Shown here one piece after another: positions 28,736 to 42,711 of a stretch of DNA of 54,930 bases. Numbering within the stretch: position 1 is the stretch's first letter; the number at the start of each line of letters is the position of its first letter. The position numbers and the translations under genes are program-made. This DNA is from Gemmatimonadota bacterium (GTDB taxonomy: Bacteria > Gemmatimonadota > Gemmatimonadetes > Gemmatimonadales > Gemmatimonadaceae). The notes under the pieces are model-generated. The model did not search any database. It was not told the origin of the DNA and saw only the letters and a list, made by a program, of their open reading frames with translations. The DNA lies in assembly GCA_046727995.1 (NCBI GenBank), contig JBKPDS010000100.1, forward strand, positions 1 through 54,930, given 5' to 3'.

Positions 28736-30043
28736 CTACGCGTAAATACCGCGGAGCTTGTGAACGCTGGCGACTCTGTCGATGGAAAGCATGTACGACG
28801 CGGTGCGCATGTTCACCCGGCGCTCTCGCGAAAGGTTCAGCACGTCGTGGAAGCTGCGGCGCATGATCGTCTCCAGCCGCTCGTTGACGAGATCTTCCGG
28901 CCAGAAATAGCCACCGCGGTCCTGAACCCATTCGAAGTAGGAAACGGTAACGCCACCAGCGTTGGCGAGAATGTCCGGAATGACAAAGACTCCGTTCTCG
29001 TCGAGAATGGAGTCTGCGGCTGCTGTCGTCGGTCCGTTGGCGCCCTCACAGATGATGCGGGCTTTGATGTCGCCGGCGTTGCGTGTGGTAATCACGTTTT
29101 CCAGAGCCGCCGGCAGGAACACATCGACATCCAGCGTCAACAGATCGGAACCGGAGACGACCTCCGCCTTGCTGTAGCCATCGAGCGAGCGGTTCTTCTT
29201 CACGTGCGCGATGGCGTCGTCGATGTCGATGCCGTTGGCGTTGTACAGTGACACCGACCGATCCCCGATCGCGACGATCTTGCACCCTTCGCGCGCCAGC
29301 AGCTGCGCGGCGACGGATCCGACGTTGCCAAATCCCTGAACCGACACTGTGGTTCCCTTGACTGGCATGCCGAGGTGTCGGAGCGCTTCCTTGGTCACGA
29401 TCATGCAGCCACGCCCCGTCGCTTCGCGTCGGCCAAGCGAGCCGCCGAGCTCGACCGGTTTGCCCGTGACGACGGCAGTGGTGGTGTGGCCCACGTGCAT
29501 CGAGTAGGTATCCATCACCCACGCCATCACCCGCTCGTTGGTATTCACATCGGGAGCGGGCACGTCCGAATCTGGACCGAGCATGTTGATGATCCCGGAC
29601 GTGTAGCGGCGGGTGAGCTTCTCCAGCTCACTGGCGCTCATCGACAGCGGATCGCACCGCACTCCGCCCTTGGACCCGCCGAACGGGATGTTCACCACCG
29701 CGCATTTCCAAGTCATCCACGCGGCAAGCGCTTTCACTTCCTCGAGCGTCACCTGCATGTCGAACCGAATTCCACCTTTCGCGGGGCCACGGGATGTGTT
29801 GTAGAGTACGCGGTAGCCCTCGAACACTTCGATTTGTCCGTTGTCCATCATGACGGGTATCGATATGACTATCTGCTTTTCCGCCTGCCGCAGCACCTTG
29901 TACATCCCCGGTTCCAGGTCGAGCAGCTCGGCGGCCTTATCAAACCGCGACATCATCGCTTCGAAAGGGTTCTCCTCGTCAAGAAAGCGGTCCTTGTCTG
30001 GTCGGACGAGCTTGTTGGTAGGTATTCGATAGTCGGTGGCCAT
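28736..30043 (-). CDS. gdhA: Glu/Leu/Phe/Val (glutamate) dehydrogenase
   Basis: [39 protein letters not shown] and NAGGV.VSYFEW. Confidence 0.93.
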   Translation of the reverse strand: MATDYRIPTNKLVRPDKDRFLDEENPFEAMMSRFDKAAELLDLEPGMYKVLRQAEKQIVISIPVMMDNGQIEVFEGYRVLYNTSRGPAKGGIRFDMQVTLEEVKALAAWMTWKCAVVNIPFGGSKGGVRCDPLSMSASELEKLTRRYTSGIINMLGPDSDVPAPDVNTNERVMAWVMDTYSMHVGHTTTAVVTGKPVELGGSLGRREATGRGCMIVTKEALRHLGMPVKGTTVSVQGFGNVGSVAAQLLAREGCKIVAIGDRSVSLYNANGIDIDDAIAHVKKNRSLDGYSKAEVVSGSDLLTLDVDVFLPAALENVITTRNAGDIKARIICEGANGPTTAAADSILDENGVFVIPDILANAGGVTVSYFEWVQDRGGYFWPEDLVNERLETIMRRSFHDVLNLSRERRVNMRTASYMLSIDRVASVHKLRGIYA

Positions 30044-30074
30044 GTGTCGCTTATCGGCTTTTTCTGGGTCTGGT

Positions 30075-31103
30075 TTACGGGGTAGACGAAAGCAGAGCCT
30101 CGATCAGACGGTCGACGTTGTCCCGACCATCCTCGATTCGTAACCGCTGTGAAACATACCATAATGACCCCGCTTCGGCAGGCCACAACGCCTCGAGTTT
30201 CACTGCGTCCTTGAGGGTGCAAACCACGAAATCAGAGTTACTTGCCTGCGCGGCAAGAACGTGTGCTTCTTCGACCGTGAACGCGTGATGGTCCGGAAAA
30301 CTCAGAGGGCGAACGATCGCGCCGAGCTCGGTGAGCTGCTTGAAAAAAGCATCGGGGTGCGCGATCGCGGCGATCGCCGTCAGGTCGGCGCCGTCCAGCG
30401 CCTGGAGCGGAAGACTCTGACCGGTAGATGTGCTGGTGAGGCTCGCCGGAGCAAGATGTATCGTCGTTACCGGAACTCTGGGAGCCACGTTCGCCAGCGC
30501 GCGCTTGACATCGTCGACCGTAGATCGATCGGCGATCTTGCGCGTCACGATTATCAGCGTTGCGCGACGCGCCGATCGAAGAGGCTCGCGCCACGGTCCC
30601 GCCGGAAGCAGACGCGGCGATCCGTTCCAGGCATCGGCATTGATCAACACCACATCGGCGTCGCGGTCCGCCCGCCGGTGTTGAAATGCGTCGTCGAGGA
30701 CTATTACACCGACTCCGCTCGCGATCGCTTCGCGAATGCCACGTCCACGATCGGGCGCAGCCACCACCGGAATGTCGGGGTTGAGGCGTTGATGAACGAT
30801 CGTCTCGTCGCCTCCGTACCCGCGCAAAACGATTCCTGGTGTCACACCCCGGTCGAGCAGCAGTCGGGCGAGCCACGCCGCGACGGGCGTCTTGCCCGTG
30901 CCGCCGACTGTCAGGTTGCCGACACTCAGGACGGGGACGGAGAACTCCTCGGCCGGAAAAACGCCCCAGTCGTAGAGTTTGCCGCGCGTGTCGACGGCGA
31001 CACGATACAGCAGCTCGGCGGGCGTCAGCAGCGCGCGAAGAACACGAGCGCGTCTACTGCGCGCCGTCCAGATTTCCTCTATCGCTCGACGACGATCAGC
31101 CAC
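30075..31103 (-). CDS. lpxK: Tetraacyldisaccharide 4'-kinase
   Basis: [32 protein letters not shown] and FPDHH. Confidence 0.94.
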   Translation of the reverse strand: MADRRRAIEEIWTARSRRARVLRALLTPAELLYRVAVDTRGKLYDWGVFPAEEFSVPVLSVGNLTVGGTGKTPVAAWLARLLLDRGVTPGIVLRGYGGDETIVHQRLNPDIPVVAAPDRGRGIREAIASGVGVIVLDDAFQHRRADRDADVVLINADAWNGSPRLLPAGPWREPLRSARRATLIIVTRKIADRSTVDDVKRALANVAPRVPVTTIHLAPASLTSTSTGQSLPLQALDGADLTAIAAIAHPDAFFKQLTELGAIVRPLSFPDHHAFTVEEAHVLAAQASNSDFVVCTLKDAVKLEALWPAEAGSLWYVSQRLRIEDGRDNVDRLIEALLSSTP

Positions 31104-31743
31104 CCGCCATCCGGATCGTCTCGCTCATCAGATCCTCGAATCGATTCCCTTCCGCCGCCGCGGCGCGGGGCGTCGACGCCATTACTTTCGTCGGTTGGCC
31201 GTACGCGATAGTGACACGCGCAAACGGCTTGGGAATCATGAACCGGTCCCAGCTGCGCAGATGCCAGGCGCGATCAGCTACGGCAACCGTTGGCACAATG
31301 AACGAGTCAGATCGCTGCGCTGCTATCAGCGCGCCCGGCGCGAAATGGTTTGCCGGCCCGCGCGGACCGTCCGGAGTGATCGCCACTTCTCGTCCAGCCT
31401 CGAGCTCGCGCACAATCGACATCAATGCGCGATCTGCGCCTTTAGTCGTTGAGCCCCGAATCAGACCAAAGCCAAGCGAAGAGGCAGCACGTGCAACCAG
31501 CTCGCCATCTCGGTGCTCGCTGATCAGCACTGCCACACCCTCATCGCGATGAAACCATAGCAGCGGCAGCAGATGTCCGTGCCATAGCGAAAAGATGAAT
31601 CCCTCTTTCCCCCGCAGCTCGTTGAGCGGCCCGTTGTTTATCAAACGAAATCGCCACGTTCGCCCCAGGACGTGCAGGAAGCCGCGTCCAAGTAGCAGCG
31701 CCGCTTTGGACTTCCAGGGAAAGCTCTCCTCGCCGTTGCTCAT
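31096..31743 (-). CDS. DUF374 lysophospholipid-acyltransferase-like protein (LpxJ-like)
   Basis: WHG, IS.HRDGE, RGS, AITPDGPRGP and SWDRF.IPKPF; lies between lpxB and lpxK. Confidence 0.82.
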   Translation of the reverse strand: MSNGEESFPWKSKAALLLGRGFLHVLGRTWRFRLINNGPLNELRGKEGFIFSLWHGHLLPLLWFHRDEGVAVLISEHRDGELVARAASSLGFGLIRGSTTKGADRALMSIVRELEAGREVAITPDGPRGPANHFAPGALIAAQRSDSFIVPTVAVADRAWHLRSWDRFMIPKPFARVTIAYGQPTKVMASTPRAAAAEGNRFEDLMSETIRMAGG

Positions 31744-32861
31744 CAGCGATCACCCGCCAGCGCACTTGCCATTCTTGCCACACGATCCGCCGCGCCCGGC
31801 GTACCTAATTTTCCCCGGACTTCCGCCAGGCCGGCGAGCACGTCCTGCCGACGCGGGCTCGTCTTGTCGAGGAGATCCTCCAAGGTATCGGCAATCTCTC
31901 CCGGAACGATTTCGTCCTGAATGAATTCTCGAGCCACCTCTCTGCCCGCCACGACATTCACGAGCCCTATGTTCTCGATCTTTACTACGCGCTTGGCAAG
32001 CAGGAAAGAGATGCGGCCGGCGCGATAGGCGACGACCAGCGGGCAATCAGCGATCGATGCTTCGAGAGTGGTAGTGCCGCTCTTGCAAAGGGCAGCGTCC
32101 GCGGCCCGCAGCACACTGAGCGATGCCGAATGAACCAGCCTGAATGGGCATCGATTCGAGTCGAGTGCGACGGTAGGTGCGACGCTGACGATTACCTCGA
32201 GATTCGCAATTCTCGATTGCAGCTCCCTCGCGGTTGCCACGAACGCATCGATGTGACGATCGATCTCCTGCTGGCGGCTTCCCGGAAACAGAGCCAGCAC
32301 CGGGACATTCTGGGGCAGGCGGAGCGCCTCGCGAGCTTCCTGACGCGTGGGCATGTTCAGTGTTCGATCGAGCAGCGGGTGTCCGACGAATGTGGCATCG
32401 ATTCCGTGGCCCCGCAGCAGCGGCTCCTCGAAAGGCAAAATCACCGCGGCTTTGGTCACCAGCTGCGCCAGTTTCGGAATCCGCCCCGCACCCCACGCCC
32501 AGACCTGCGGCGTCACGTAATAGAGCACGGGAACGCCGGCAGCCCTGGCTGCCGCCGCCACTTTCATGTTGAAACCGGGATAGTCTATCAGGACGACCAG
32601 CGCCACCTCACCGCGCTGTAGCATTTTTCGAATGGTGTGCAGAAGCCGGAAGTGGCGGGGCACGTGCTTCAGCACTTCGAGAAACCCCATCACACCGAGC
32701 TGGTGATCGCGATGAATCAGATGAACGCCCTGCTCGGCCAATCGCGGACCGCCGACGGCGATCAGCTCGAGGTCTGGGCGAACCCGCCGCAACGCGCCGG
32801 CTACACCCGCTGCGTGGAGGTCGCCCGAGGCTTCACCGGCGACGAAGAGAACTTTACGCAT
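31743..32861 (-). CDS. lpxB: Lipid A disaccharide synthase
   Basis: AGEASGD, IDYPGFN, PQVWAW, ILPFE, FVGHPL, PGSR and SGT.TLE. Confidence 0.96.
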   Translation of the reverse strand: MRKVLFVAGEASGDLHAAGVAGALRRVRPDLELIAVGGPRLAEQGVHLIHRDHQLGVMGFLEVLKHVPRHFRLLHTIRKMLQRGEVALVVLIDYPGFNMKVAAAARAAGVPVLYYVTPQVWAWGAGRIPKLAQLVTKAAVILPFEEPLLRGHGIDATFVGHPLLDRTLNMPTRQEAREALRLPQNVPVLALFPGSRQQEIDRHIDAFVATARELQSRIANLEVIVSVAPTVALDSNRCPFRLVHSASLSVLRAADAALCKSGTTTLEASIADCPLVVAYRAGRISFLLAKRVVKIENIGLVNVVAGREVAREFIQDEIVPGEIADTLEDLLDKTSPRRQDVLAGLAEVRGKLGTPGAADRVARMASALAGDR

Positions 32862-33855
32862 GGTGGTGCGCGTGTCCGACCAGCGAAGGAAGAGTCAGCT
32901 CGATCTCCTTCACTATGCGGAGCGCAACACCCAGCGCCAGTCTCCCTTCCTCGCCCGTGACGACGACCGGCGCTTCGCCCTTCAGTGCGGAGACGAAGCT
33001 TTCCAGCTCCAGCTTGAGCGGCTCCCCATCGGGTGCATGGAGCTTCACTCGATCCACGAAGGCGCCGATGTCCGCCGGCCCCGACCGAATCGTCGCCGGA
33101 TCGAAATCGGGTTTGAGTCGATAAAACTCTCCAGTCCCGGATGCAAGATCGAGGGAGAGATACTCGCGCTGCTGAAAGATCCGGATCTTTCTCTTTCGTT
33201 CGCGCGAGATGCGGCTGGATGTGATGTTGGCGACCGCGCCCGATGTGAACGTGACGCGCGCGTTGGCGATATCCAGCATCGGCGTCAGAACCGGAACCCC
33301 AACTGCTGAAATGTCGCGCGCTCCCGCGCCGACGAGTGTCAGCAGCAGGTCGATATCATGGATCATCAGGTCGAGCACCACGGCGACGTCTGATCCGCGG
33401 GGACTGAAGGGTGCCAGGCGCTCGCTGTCGATGAAGCGTGGCTGCTTCACGTGAGGAAGGGCGGCACGCACGGCTCGATTGAAGCGCTCGATGTGGCCGA
33501 TCTGGACCATCACGCCGTTCTTCGCGGCCAGCGCCAGTAGCGCGTCCGCTTCCTCGAGAGTGGCAGTGATCGGCTTTTCGATGAAGACGTGCTTCCCGCG
33601 CTCGATAGCTTCGCTGGCGACGGAGAAGTGTGACGACGTCGGAACGACGATGATGACCGCGTCGGACTCGTCGAGCAGACCATCGAGAGTCGCGTGACTG
33701 GGCACGCGCAGCTCTTTCTCGACTTCCTTTCGCCGCTCCGGTTTCGTCTCCACGAACCCGCTGAAGTGAATGGTTCGCAGGTCGCGGAGGATTCTTATGT
33801 GGTGGAAGCCAAGACTGCCCGCGCCAACGACACCGACGCGCGGAGTTTTCGTCAA
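32854..33855 (-). CDS. Gfo/Idh/MocA oxidoreductase, probable UDP-GlcNAc 3-dehydrogenase (GnnA-like)
   Basis: GAGSLG..H, EKPI, GHIERFN and DLMIHDID; lies between lpxA and lpxB. Confidence 0.8.
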   Translation of the reverse strand: MTKTPRVGVVGAGSLGFHHIRILRDLRTIHFSGFVETKPERRKEVEKELRVPSHATLDGLLDESDAVIIVVPTSSHFSVASEAIERGKHVFIEKPITATLEEADALLALAAKNGVMVQIGHIERFNRAVRAALPHVKQPRFIDSERLAPFSPRGSDVAVVLDLMIHDIDLLLTLVGAGARDISAVGVPVLTPMLDIANARVTFTSGAVANITSSRISRERKRKIRIFQQREYLSLDLASGTGEFYRLKPDFDPATIRSGPADIGAFVDRVKLHAPDGEPLKLELESFVSALKGEAPVVVTGEEGRLALGVALRIVKEIELTLPSLVGHAHHHA

Positions 33856-34631
33856 ATCACCACTCCGCGCTCGCTGGCCTCGAGGAAGCGTATCAGCTCC
33901 CTCACCTCAGGCAGGGCATCGATCTCGTTCATCACGCGTTCAATCGCCTGCGTGACATTGAGATCCGAGCGGAACAGAAGCCTGTACGCGCGTTTGAGCT
34001 CGCGGATTGTCGACTCGTCCATCCCGCTTCTTTGCAGACCGACTGTGTTCAGTCCGTAAAGCTTGACCGGATTTCCGACTGCCTTCAGGAACGGCGGGAT
34101 GTCCTTCGACACCCGGGACATCCCGCCGATGAAACTGTGCCGCCCAATGCGCACGAACTGATGCGCGGCGGACAGCCCCGAGATGATAGCTCTGTCCTCG
34201 ACGGTCACGTGACCGGCGAGCTGGACGACGTTCGAGAGAATGACGTTGTTGCCGATGTGACAATCGTGCGCCAAATGCACATACGACATCAACAGGCAAT
34301 TGCGCCCCACCGTCGTCTTGAAGGACTGCGCCGTGCCGCGATTTATAGTCGTGTATTCGCGGATGATCGTCCCCTCGCCGATCTCCACCGTCGTTTCCTC
34401 GCCGGCGAACTTGAGATCCTGTGGTGGGCCGCCGAGGATCGTTCCGATTCCGACCTGGACATTCTCGCCAAGAATGACGTTCCTCTCGAGTGTCGCCCTC
34501 GGTGCAATGAGGCAGCCGCTCGGCACGACGCAGTTCTCGCCGATGATGGCGTAGGCGCCGACCTCGACGTCTGACGCAACCTCCGCCTCAGGCGAGATGA
34601 TGGCGGTCGAGTGGATCCGAGATGGGCTCAT
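33852..34631 (-). CDS. lpxA: Acyl-ACP:UDP-GlcNAc acyltransferase
   Basis: Hexapeptide repeats, PQDLKF, IRE.TTINRGT, H.AHDC, LAGHV and HQF. Confidence 0.96.
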   Translation of the reverse strand: MSPSRIHSTAIISPEAEVASDVEVGAYAIIGENCVVPSGCLIAPRATLERNVILGENVQVGIGTILGGPPQDLKFAGEETTVEIGEGTIIREYTTINRGTAQSFKTTVGRNCLLMSYVHLAHDCHIGNNVILSNVVQLAGHVTVEDRAIISGLSAAHQFVRIGRHSFIGGMSRVSKDIPPFLKAVGNPVKLYGLNTVGLQRSGMDESTIRELKRAYRLLFRSDLNVTQAIERVMNEIDALPEVRELIRFLEASERGVVI

Positions 34632-35896
34632 CGCTCTCGCACCATTGCCGCCATGTCGGCTTCAGCCACGACCTCGCCGTCGACTTTGCCGACGCCGCGC
34701 ATCTTGGCCACCGTGCCGCGCAACTGTGTCATCTCGAGCTCGAAACGAATCTGATCGCCAGGCTTCACAGGTCGGCGGAATTTCACGTTATCCAGCGACA
34801 TGAAGTACACGACCTTGCTCTCCGGGTCTTCGATCGATCCCATCAACAGCATGCCGCCCACCTGCGCCATCGCTTCGATGATCAAGACACCCGGCATGAT
34901 CGGGTGCCCCGGAAAATGTCCCTGGAAGAAGGGCTCGTTGATGGTGACGTTCTTCACCCCGACGATCCTCTTCTTCTCCACGATCTCGAGAATCCTGTCC
35001 ACGAGCAGGAACGGATAGCGGTGGGGCAGAACCTTCATGATGTCTTCTATCGTATACATCCCCTTCTCCTTTCGACCGGCTTTCAACATCTCCCGCACCA
35101 GCGTCACCGTTCCGCGATGACTCGGCTTTACGGCGACAATTCGCGCCCGGACTCTCGCGCCGGCCAGCGCCAGATCCCCGATGCAGTCCATCGCCTTGTG
35201 CCTCACAAACTCGTCGCTCCAGCGCAGATCACCGCTCAAAATGTCGCTGTCGTCGAGGACGACGGTGTTGTCGAGCGACGCACCTTTGATCAATCCCTTC
35301 AGGCGAAGCGCGTCGACCTCGTGCACGAACCCGAAGGTGCGCGCTCGCGACAGCTCATTCGCAAAGGATTCCTCCGTAACCGTAAATCTGCGAGACTGCT
35401 TTCCGATCAGCGGATGCGGGAACTCGATGGTGACGTCCAGCTCAAGCCGCTCTGAAGGGTAAGCTTCATAGACTGACGCGCCGTCGATGATCCGCACCGG
35501 CTCCGTCAATTCCAAAAACTCCGGCTCCCCTTCCACTGCCGCAAGTCCTGCGTCGGCGAGCGCCGCAAAAAACGGAGCCGCGCTGCCGTCCAGTATCGGC
35601 GGCTCCGGTCCGTCCATGTCGATCGTGACGTCGTCGATCCCCATCGCCGTGACCGCGGCCAGCACGTGCTCCACGGTATGAACGGAAGGATCACCTTTGC
35701 CGAGTTGTGTCCGCCGCTCGCTGGCGCTGACTTCGCTCACGTGAGCACGTATCGGTCGCGAGCCGGGACAGTCAACGCGCCGAAATACGATCCCCTGTTT
35801 CGCGGACGCGGGTTGAAACGTGATTCGGCAGGCGACGCCCAGATGCAATCCAATGCCCTCCAGCACTGCTGGACGGGCCAGTGTTGTTCGGCTCAC
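34628..35896 (-). CDS. lpxC: Bifunctional LpxC deacetylase / FabZ dehydratase fusion
   Basis: N-terminal TVEH, DGSA, ARTFGF, HKAMD; C-terminal [25 protein letters not shown]. Confidence 0.96.
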   Translation of the reverse strand: MSRTTLARPAVLEGIGLHLGVACRITFQPASAKQGIVFRRVDCPGSRPIRAHVSEVSASERRTQLGKGDPSVHTVEHVLAAVTAMGIDDVTIDMDGPEPPILDGSAAPFFAALADAGLAAVEGEPEFLELTEPVRIIDGASVYEAYPSERLELDVTIEFPHPLIGKQSRRFTVTEESFANELSRARTFGFVHEVDALRLKGLIKGASLDNTVVLDDSDILSGDLRWSDEFVRHKAMDCIGDLALAGARVRARIVAVKPSHRGTVTLVREMLKAGRKEKGMYTIEDIMKVLPHRYPFLLVDRILEIVEKKRIVGVKNVTINEPFFQGHFPGHPIMPGVLIIEAMAQVGGMLLMGSIEDPESKVVYFMSLDNVKFRRPVKPGDQIRFELEMTQLRGTVAKMRGVGKVDGEVVAEADMAAMVRER

Positions 35897-36963
35897 CTGG
35901 ATGTGGGCTCTTCGAGAAGTTTCTCCAGTCGGCGCATCATGCCCGCCAATTTAAACAATGCTGCCGAAGCACGAAGAGAATCGCGATGGGGACGCGCCGG
36001 ATAACCCGACCAGGTTTCGCCCGCGGGGATATCCCCGAACACGCCGGCCTGGGCTGCCAGCCGCGCGCCGGCGCCGATGGAGAGATGCCCGCTGATCCCG
36101 GCCTGGCCGGCCAGTATCGCGCCGTCACCAATCGTTACCGAGCCGGCGACACCGACCTGTGCCATCAACAGGCACTTTTCCCCGATGCGGACGTTGTGCG
36201 CGATGTGGACGAGGTTGTCGATCTTCGTACCGTTGCCGACGATGGTGTCGTCGATGCTGCCGCGATCGATCGTCGTGTTGGCGCCGATCTCGACATCGTC
36301 GCCGATGATGCAGCGACCGACGTGTGGGATTTTCTGATGCCCGCCATCGCGAAAAACGTAGCCGAATCCGTCGCAACCGATGCGTGCGCCGGAGTGCACG
36401 AACACTCTCGCACCCAGGGTGGCGCCCGAATAAATGGTGGCGCTGGGCCACAGCCGCGAGCCGCTGCCGATCGACACACCGTCACCCACGACGCAGTGTG
36501 GCCCGATTATCACATCGTCGCCGAGGTTGGTCCCGGCGCCGATGATCGCATACTCGCCGATGGCAATGCGCCTCCCCAGTGTCACGCCCCTGCCGATGCG
36601 CGCCGTCGCGGCGACGCCCGGAGCGGGTAGCTCCGGAGGATAAAGCCGCGGCAAGAGCGACAGCAGCTTTTCGAGCGGTTTGTCGACGACTATCCGCGCG
36701 CTGGGAGCGCCAGGTGCGTCGCGAAATTCCGGATCGACGAGGACTACGCCTGCTTTCGTCGTCGCCATCATCGGCGTGTATTTGCCGCTCGAGAGAATGC
36801 TCAGATCGCTCGATTCGGCGCGGTCGAGTGGTGCCACACCGCTTACCGCGACCTGCGCATCGCCGATCAGCTCGCCCGACACCAGTGCCGCAATAGCTTC
36901 AGCGGTGATGGTGCTAACACCATCACCGCTGGTTGAACTCCTGGCTATCGCGATTTCACTCAC
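35893..36963 (-). CDS. lpxD: UDP-3-O-acylglucosamine N-acyltransferase
   Basis: Hexapeptide repeats, [15 protein letters not shown] and [11 protein letters not shown]. Confidence 0.96.
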   Translation of the reverse strand: MSEIAIARSSTSGDGVSTITAEAIAALVSGELIGDAQVAVSGVAPLDRAESSDLSILSSGKYTPMMATTKAGVVLVDPEFRDAPGAPSARIVVDKPLEKLLSLLPRLYPPELPAPGVAATARIGRGVTLGRRIAIGEYAIIGAGTNLGDDVIIGPHCVVGDGVSIGSGSRLWPSATIYSGATLGARVFVHSGARIGCDGFGYVFRDGGHQKIPHVGRCIIGDDVEIGANTTIDRGSIDDTIVGNGTKIDNLVHIAHNVRIGEKCLLMAQVGVAGSVTIGDGAILAGQAGISGHLSIGAGARLAAQAGVFGDIPAGETWSGYPARPHRDSLRASAALFKLAGMMRRLEKLLEEPTSR

Positions 36964-37568
36964 TTCTTGGGCCGCGTCACTCCCGCTGGCGTGGGAACGG
37001 TGCTGCTGCTGGTGACGGGCGGCCCCTGAGCCTTGAGCCTGGCGAGAACACGATCGGTGAGATCGAGCTTCTTGTCCGCTGCCACGACCACACTTACCTG
37101 AGCGCCGACATCGAGGATCACTGCGTAGCCATCTTCAGCGCGAATCGCTTCGATGACGTTTTGCACCCGCTGCATGATGGGCTTCACCAGCTCTGCCTGA
37201 CGCGCCTGCATCGTCGAATCGAGACCGCGAGCGCGGTTCTGGTATTCGACTTCGCGCTGACCGATGGACGTCCGCTGCTTCTCACGCGTGGCGCTGTCCA
37301 TTTTCGGAGCGTCGCGATCGAACGCCGCCATCAGGGTCTTGAGGGAGTCGTCCATCCGCTGGATCTGTTGACGATAGACACCGACCTCCCTGTCGAACTG
37401 CGCCTCAGCCTCGGCACGCCCGGGTGCCTGCTGAAGAATTACGGCTGAATTGATGTAGCCGATCTTGCCGGACGTAGCGGGCGCAGACGATCCCTGCGCT
37501 CCAGCCATCCCGACCAGTATCAGCGACGTGGCCAGTGCGACTGAGCCCGCACGGAAAAGCACTCGCAT
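36960..37568 (-). CDS. skp: Skp/OmpH periplasmic chaperone
   Basis: Signal peptide, KIGYIN, coiled coil and DLTDRVL; lies between bamA and lpxD. Confidence 0.88.
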   Translation of the reverse strand: MRVLFRAGSVALATSLILVGMAGAQGSSAPATSGKIGYINSAVILQQAPGRAEAEAQFDREVGVYRQQIQRMDDSLKTLMAAFDRDAPKMDSATREKQRTSIGQREVEYQNRARGLDSTMQARQAELVKPIMQRVQNVIEAIRAEDGYAVILDVGAQVSVVVAADKKLDLTDRVLARLKAQGPPVTSSSTVPTPAGVTRPKK

Positions 37569-37582
37569 CTATGACTCCAGTG

Positions 37583-40003
37583 TTAGAAGAATTGTCCGAG
37601 TTTGAAGTGGAGCTTCCAGCCCGGTGCCGGACGCCCCTGAGTATCAATCTTGTCGAACCCATACCCGATGTCCACGCCCAAGGGTCCAAGTGGGCTCAAA
37701 GTGCTTACTCCGAAGCCAAAGCTGCGGAAGAGGCGCGTCGGATCGAACTCGCGCGGCTTGTTCCAGACGTTGCCGCCCTCGAAGAACGTGTTCAGGTACA
37801 AGGACTGATTGACCCTCAATCCCAGTTCGGCAGTGCCGACGAAGAACGAGTTACCGAAAGAAGACTTGCTCGCCTGCGTCTGGTCGGCGTTCGGATTGAA
37901 CCCGTTCGGGGTAATCGAGAACTCGTCGTAGCCGCGGAGCGGCTCGCCGTATTGGGTACCACCGACGGAGAAGGACTGTGAATAGAAGAACGGCCCCGGA
38001 CTGCCGAATAGCGCGCCGGCTCTCGCCGAGAGGCCAGCCACTATCATCATCGGCTCGCCACCGAGGATGCTGCCACCGAGGCGACCAATGGGCGCGTACG
38101 AGCGAAGCTCGGTCGTGTACCGCTGGAACGCCGCCGTCCCGCCGAGCGGTCCGCCGTTGAACTGGGCGTTGAAGGATTGCAACCCACCATCAGCGGGGAA
38201 AGGCAGCCCCGTGCGGGTGTCGTGCTGCGCCGTGAAGCCGAGCGTGGAGCGGAAGCAGCTCTTGCAAGCGTCGGCGACTGTTCCAAGCAAGCCTGTGTTG
38301 TCGTACCGCACTTTTTCGCCGCCGTAGGATACGAACAGCCGCGTGTAGATGGACTGCGGGACCGGGAATCCCAGCTGGATCTGTCCACCGGTCCTGATCG
38401 CCTGGCCAAGATCGGCCAGCTGGAAGCGCGCCCGGCTGTGGTAAGCGGTGAAGCTGCCGGAGACGCGCGACTGCCTGATGTTGGGATCGCTGTAGGTGGC
38501 GCTGAAATCGTTAATGAACCGGCCAAACTGCCACTGCAGCTGCGCGCGTTTGCAGCGCCCCAGCAGGTTGGGTTGATCTAGCCCGATGAAGCCGCCGAGG
38601 CCCGTACCCTGTCCCATCGAAGCGCCGAAGTTGATGTTCCCGGTGCGCTTTTCCTTGACGTTGAAAACGATGTCGACGTCGCCCTGGTCACCGCTCGGGC
38701 GCGTCTCCGGAGCCGGCATCGGTGTTTCGAAGAAATTGAGATTGCCGATGTTCTGGTAGCTGCGGATCAGATAATTGCGATTGAACACCTGACCGGGCGC
38801 GAGAACGATCTGCTCGCGTATGCACGACTCATGGGTATAGTCGTTACCGGCGATCTCGATTCTGTTGACGATGGCGGGTGATCGCTCATCGATTTCCCAG
38901 CGCAGGTTCACCTTGCGCAGCGGCCCCGTTCCCGGAACTCGCTCCGTTACCGGCCGGATGTTGGCGTAGATGTAGCCCTCGTCGTTGTATGCTTCCATCA
39001 GCTTCTGCTGGGCGTCGTCCCACTTCGCTTCGTCGAAGGTGTTGGGCGGATTGGTATAGCTTCGCCTGATCACGTTCGTCGCCTTCTGCACGACCGTGGT
39101 CTGATTGTTTTCGCCGAACGGATAGAACGCTTTGATCTGTTCGGTCGAGAAGCGGCGATTGCCGATTACTTCGAACGTGCCAACCTGGTAGCGCGGACCT
39201 TCACTGACCGTAATGTCGATCAGACCCTTGCCGCGCGCGCGATCGACGATGAGGGTGTCCTTGAGAATACGGAAATCGATGAAGCCGCGGCTGGCGTAGA
39301 GCTGCGGAATCTTCTCACTCAGGTCTTCGGCGTACTTCGCATCATCGAGCTCGCCATTACGAGTGAAGAGAAAACCTTCCGGCTTGGTATCCATCGCTGC
39401 GACGATGTCGGCGTCGGATATCTGGGTGTTGCCGTTGATCCGAATCCCGGAGATGGCGAGACGGCGGCCCTCATCGATTCTGAACGCGATGGAGAGTTTG
39501 CCGTCAGTGAGAGTCGATTCAGCCTTTATCGTCGCCAGATAATAACCATGGCTCTCGTAAAGCGAGTCGACACTGGCAATTGCTTTGGCGATCTTGCCCG
39601 GGTCCACCGGCGCCCCGGTGGCGAAAGCGAGTTTCTCCTTGACGTCCTTCGGCGAGACGCGAGTAGCTCCGATCACCTTGTAGTCGGTAAGCGTCGGGCG
39701 CTCACGGACCTGAATCACGATCGTGGCCTTGGTCGCCGGCGAGAGGCGGCAGATGATCTGGACGTCCTCGAACTGCCCGGTCGCATAGAGCGCCTTGATG
39801 CCGGTCTGGATATCGTGGACGTTGAGCTGCGCTCCGGCGGCTAGTCCGCTCGTGGCGCGAATCGCAGCGGTGTCGACGCGCGAGTTCCCCGTCACCAGTA
39901 TGGATTCGGGCGTCGAACAGGCCCCAGGAGCACTCTCCTGGGCGTGCAAAAAGGTCGCGCTGGCCGCTGACAGCGCCAGTGCAACCGAAACTATTGTCCG
40001 CAT
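37583..40003 (-). CDS. bamA: Outer membrane protein assembly factor BamA
   Basis: Signal peptide, POTRA repeats (GN..., LY..GY), LRGY loop-6 motif, SPLGP and terminal Phe. Confidence 0.94.
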   Translation of the reverse strand: MRTIVSVALALSAASATFLHAQESAPGACSTPESILVTGNSRVDTAAIRATSGLAAGAQLNVHDIQTGIKALYATGQFEDVQIICRLSPATKATIVIQVRERPTLTDYKVIGATRVSPKDVKEKLAFATGAPVDPGKIAKAIASVDSLYESHGYYLATIKAESTLTDGKLSIAFRIDEGRRLAISGIRINGNTQISDADIVAAMDTKPEGFLFTRNGELDDAKYAEDLSEKIPQLYASRGFIDFRILKDTLIVDRARGKGLIDITVSEGPRYQVGTFEVIGNRRFSTEQIKAFYPFGENNQTTVVQKATNVIRRSYTNPPNTFDEAKWDDAQQKLMEAYNDEGYIYANIRPVTERVPGTGPLRKVNLRWEIDERSPAIVNRIEIAGNDYTHESCIREQIVLAPGQVFNRNYLIRSYQNIGNLNFFETPMPAPETRPSGDQGDVDIVFNVKEKRTGNINFGASMGQGTGLGGFIGLDQPNLLGRCKRAQLQWQFGRFINDFSATYSDPNIRQSRVSGSFTAYHSRARFQLADLGQAIRTGGQIQLGFPVPQSIYTRLFVSYGGEKVRYDNTGLLGTVADACKSCFRSTLGFTAQHDTRTGLPFPADGGLQSFNAQFNGGPLGGTAAFQRYTTELRSYAPIGRLGGSILGGEPMMIVAGLSARAGALFGSPGPFFYSQSFSVGGTQYGEPLRGYDEFSITPNGFNPNADQTQASKSSFGNSFFVGTAELGLRVNQSLYLNTFFEGGNVWNKPREFDPTRLFRSFGFGVSTLSPLGPLGVDIGYGFDKIDTQGRPAPGWKLHFKLGQFF

Positions 40004-40067
40004 CACAGAAATATACACTAGTCGGTTTGGGGGAGGTCCTCTCGAAGAGTGACCATACCGATTAGAC

Positions 40068-40105
40068 AACGGGGCCGCAGGAGAGTTGCTCTCCGCGGCC
40101 CCGTT
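40068..40105 (-). terminator. Long GC hairpin after clpC (terminator or stability element)
   Basis: aacggggccgc-a-ggagag-ttg-ctctcc-gcggccccgtt; the U-tract is weak. Confidence 0.6.
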
Positions 40106-40128
40106 TCACTCTGTGTGCCCGACTCTTC

Positions 40129-42627
<2,499 letters not shown>

Positions 42628-42711
42628 TTCTGCAATCCTCAGTGCGGGAGCTAGTTCTTTCGCGTGCGTGACAGTGTTTCCACCGCGGCGCGCGTGATTA
42701 CCCGCTACCCC

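Noticed and set aside
34628-35896. LpxC-FabZ fusion as a novelty
   Set aside because: A well-known fusion in Bacteroidota, Chlorobi and related phyla; useful only as a taxonomic hint.
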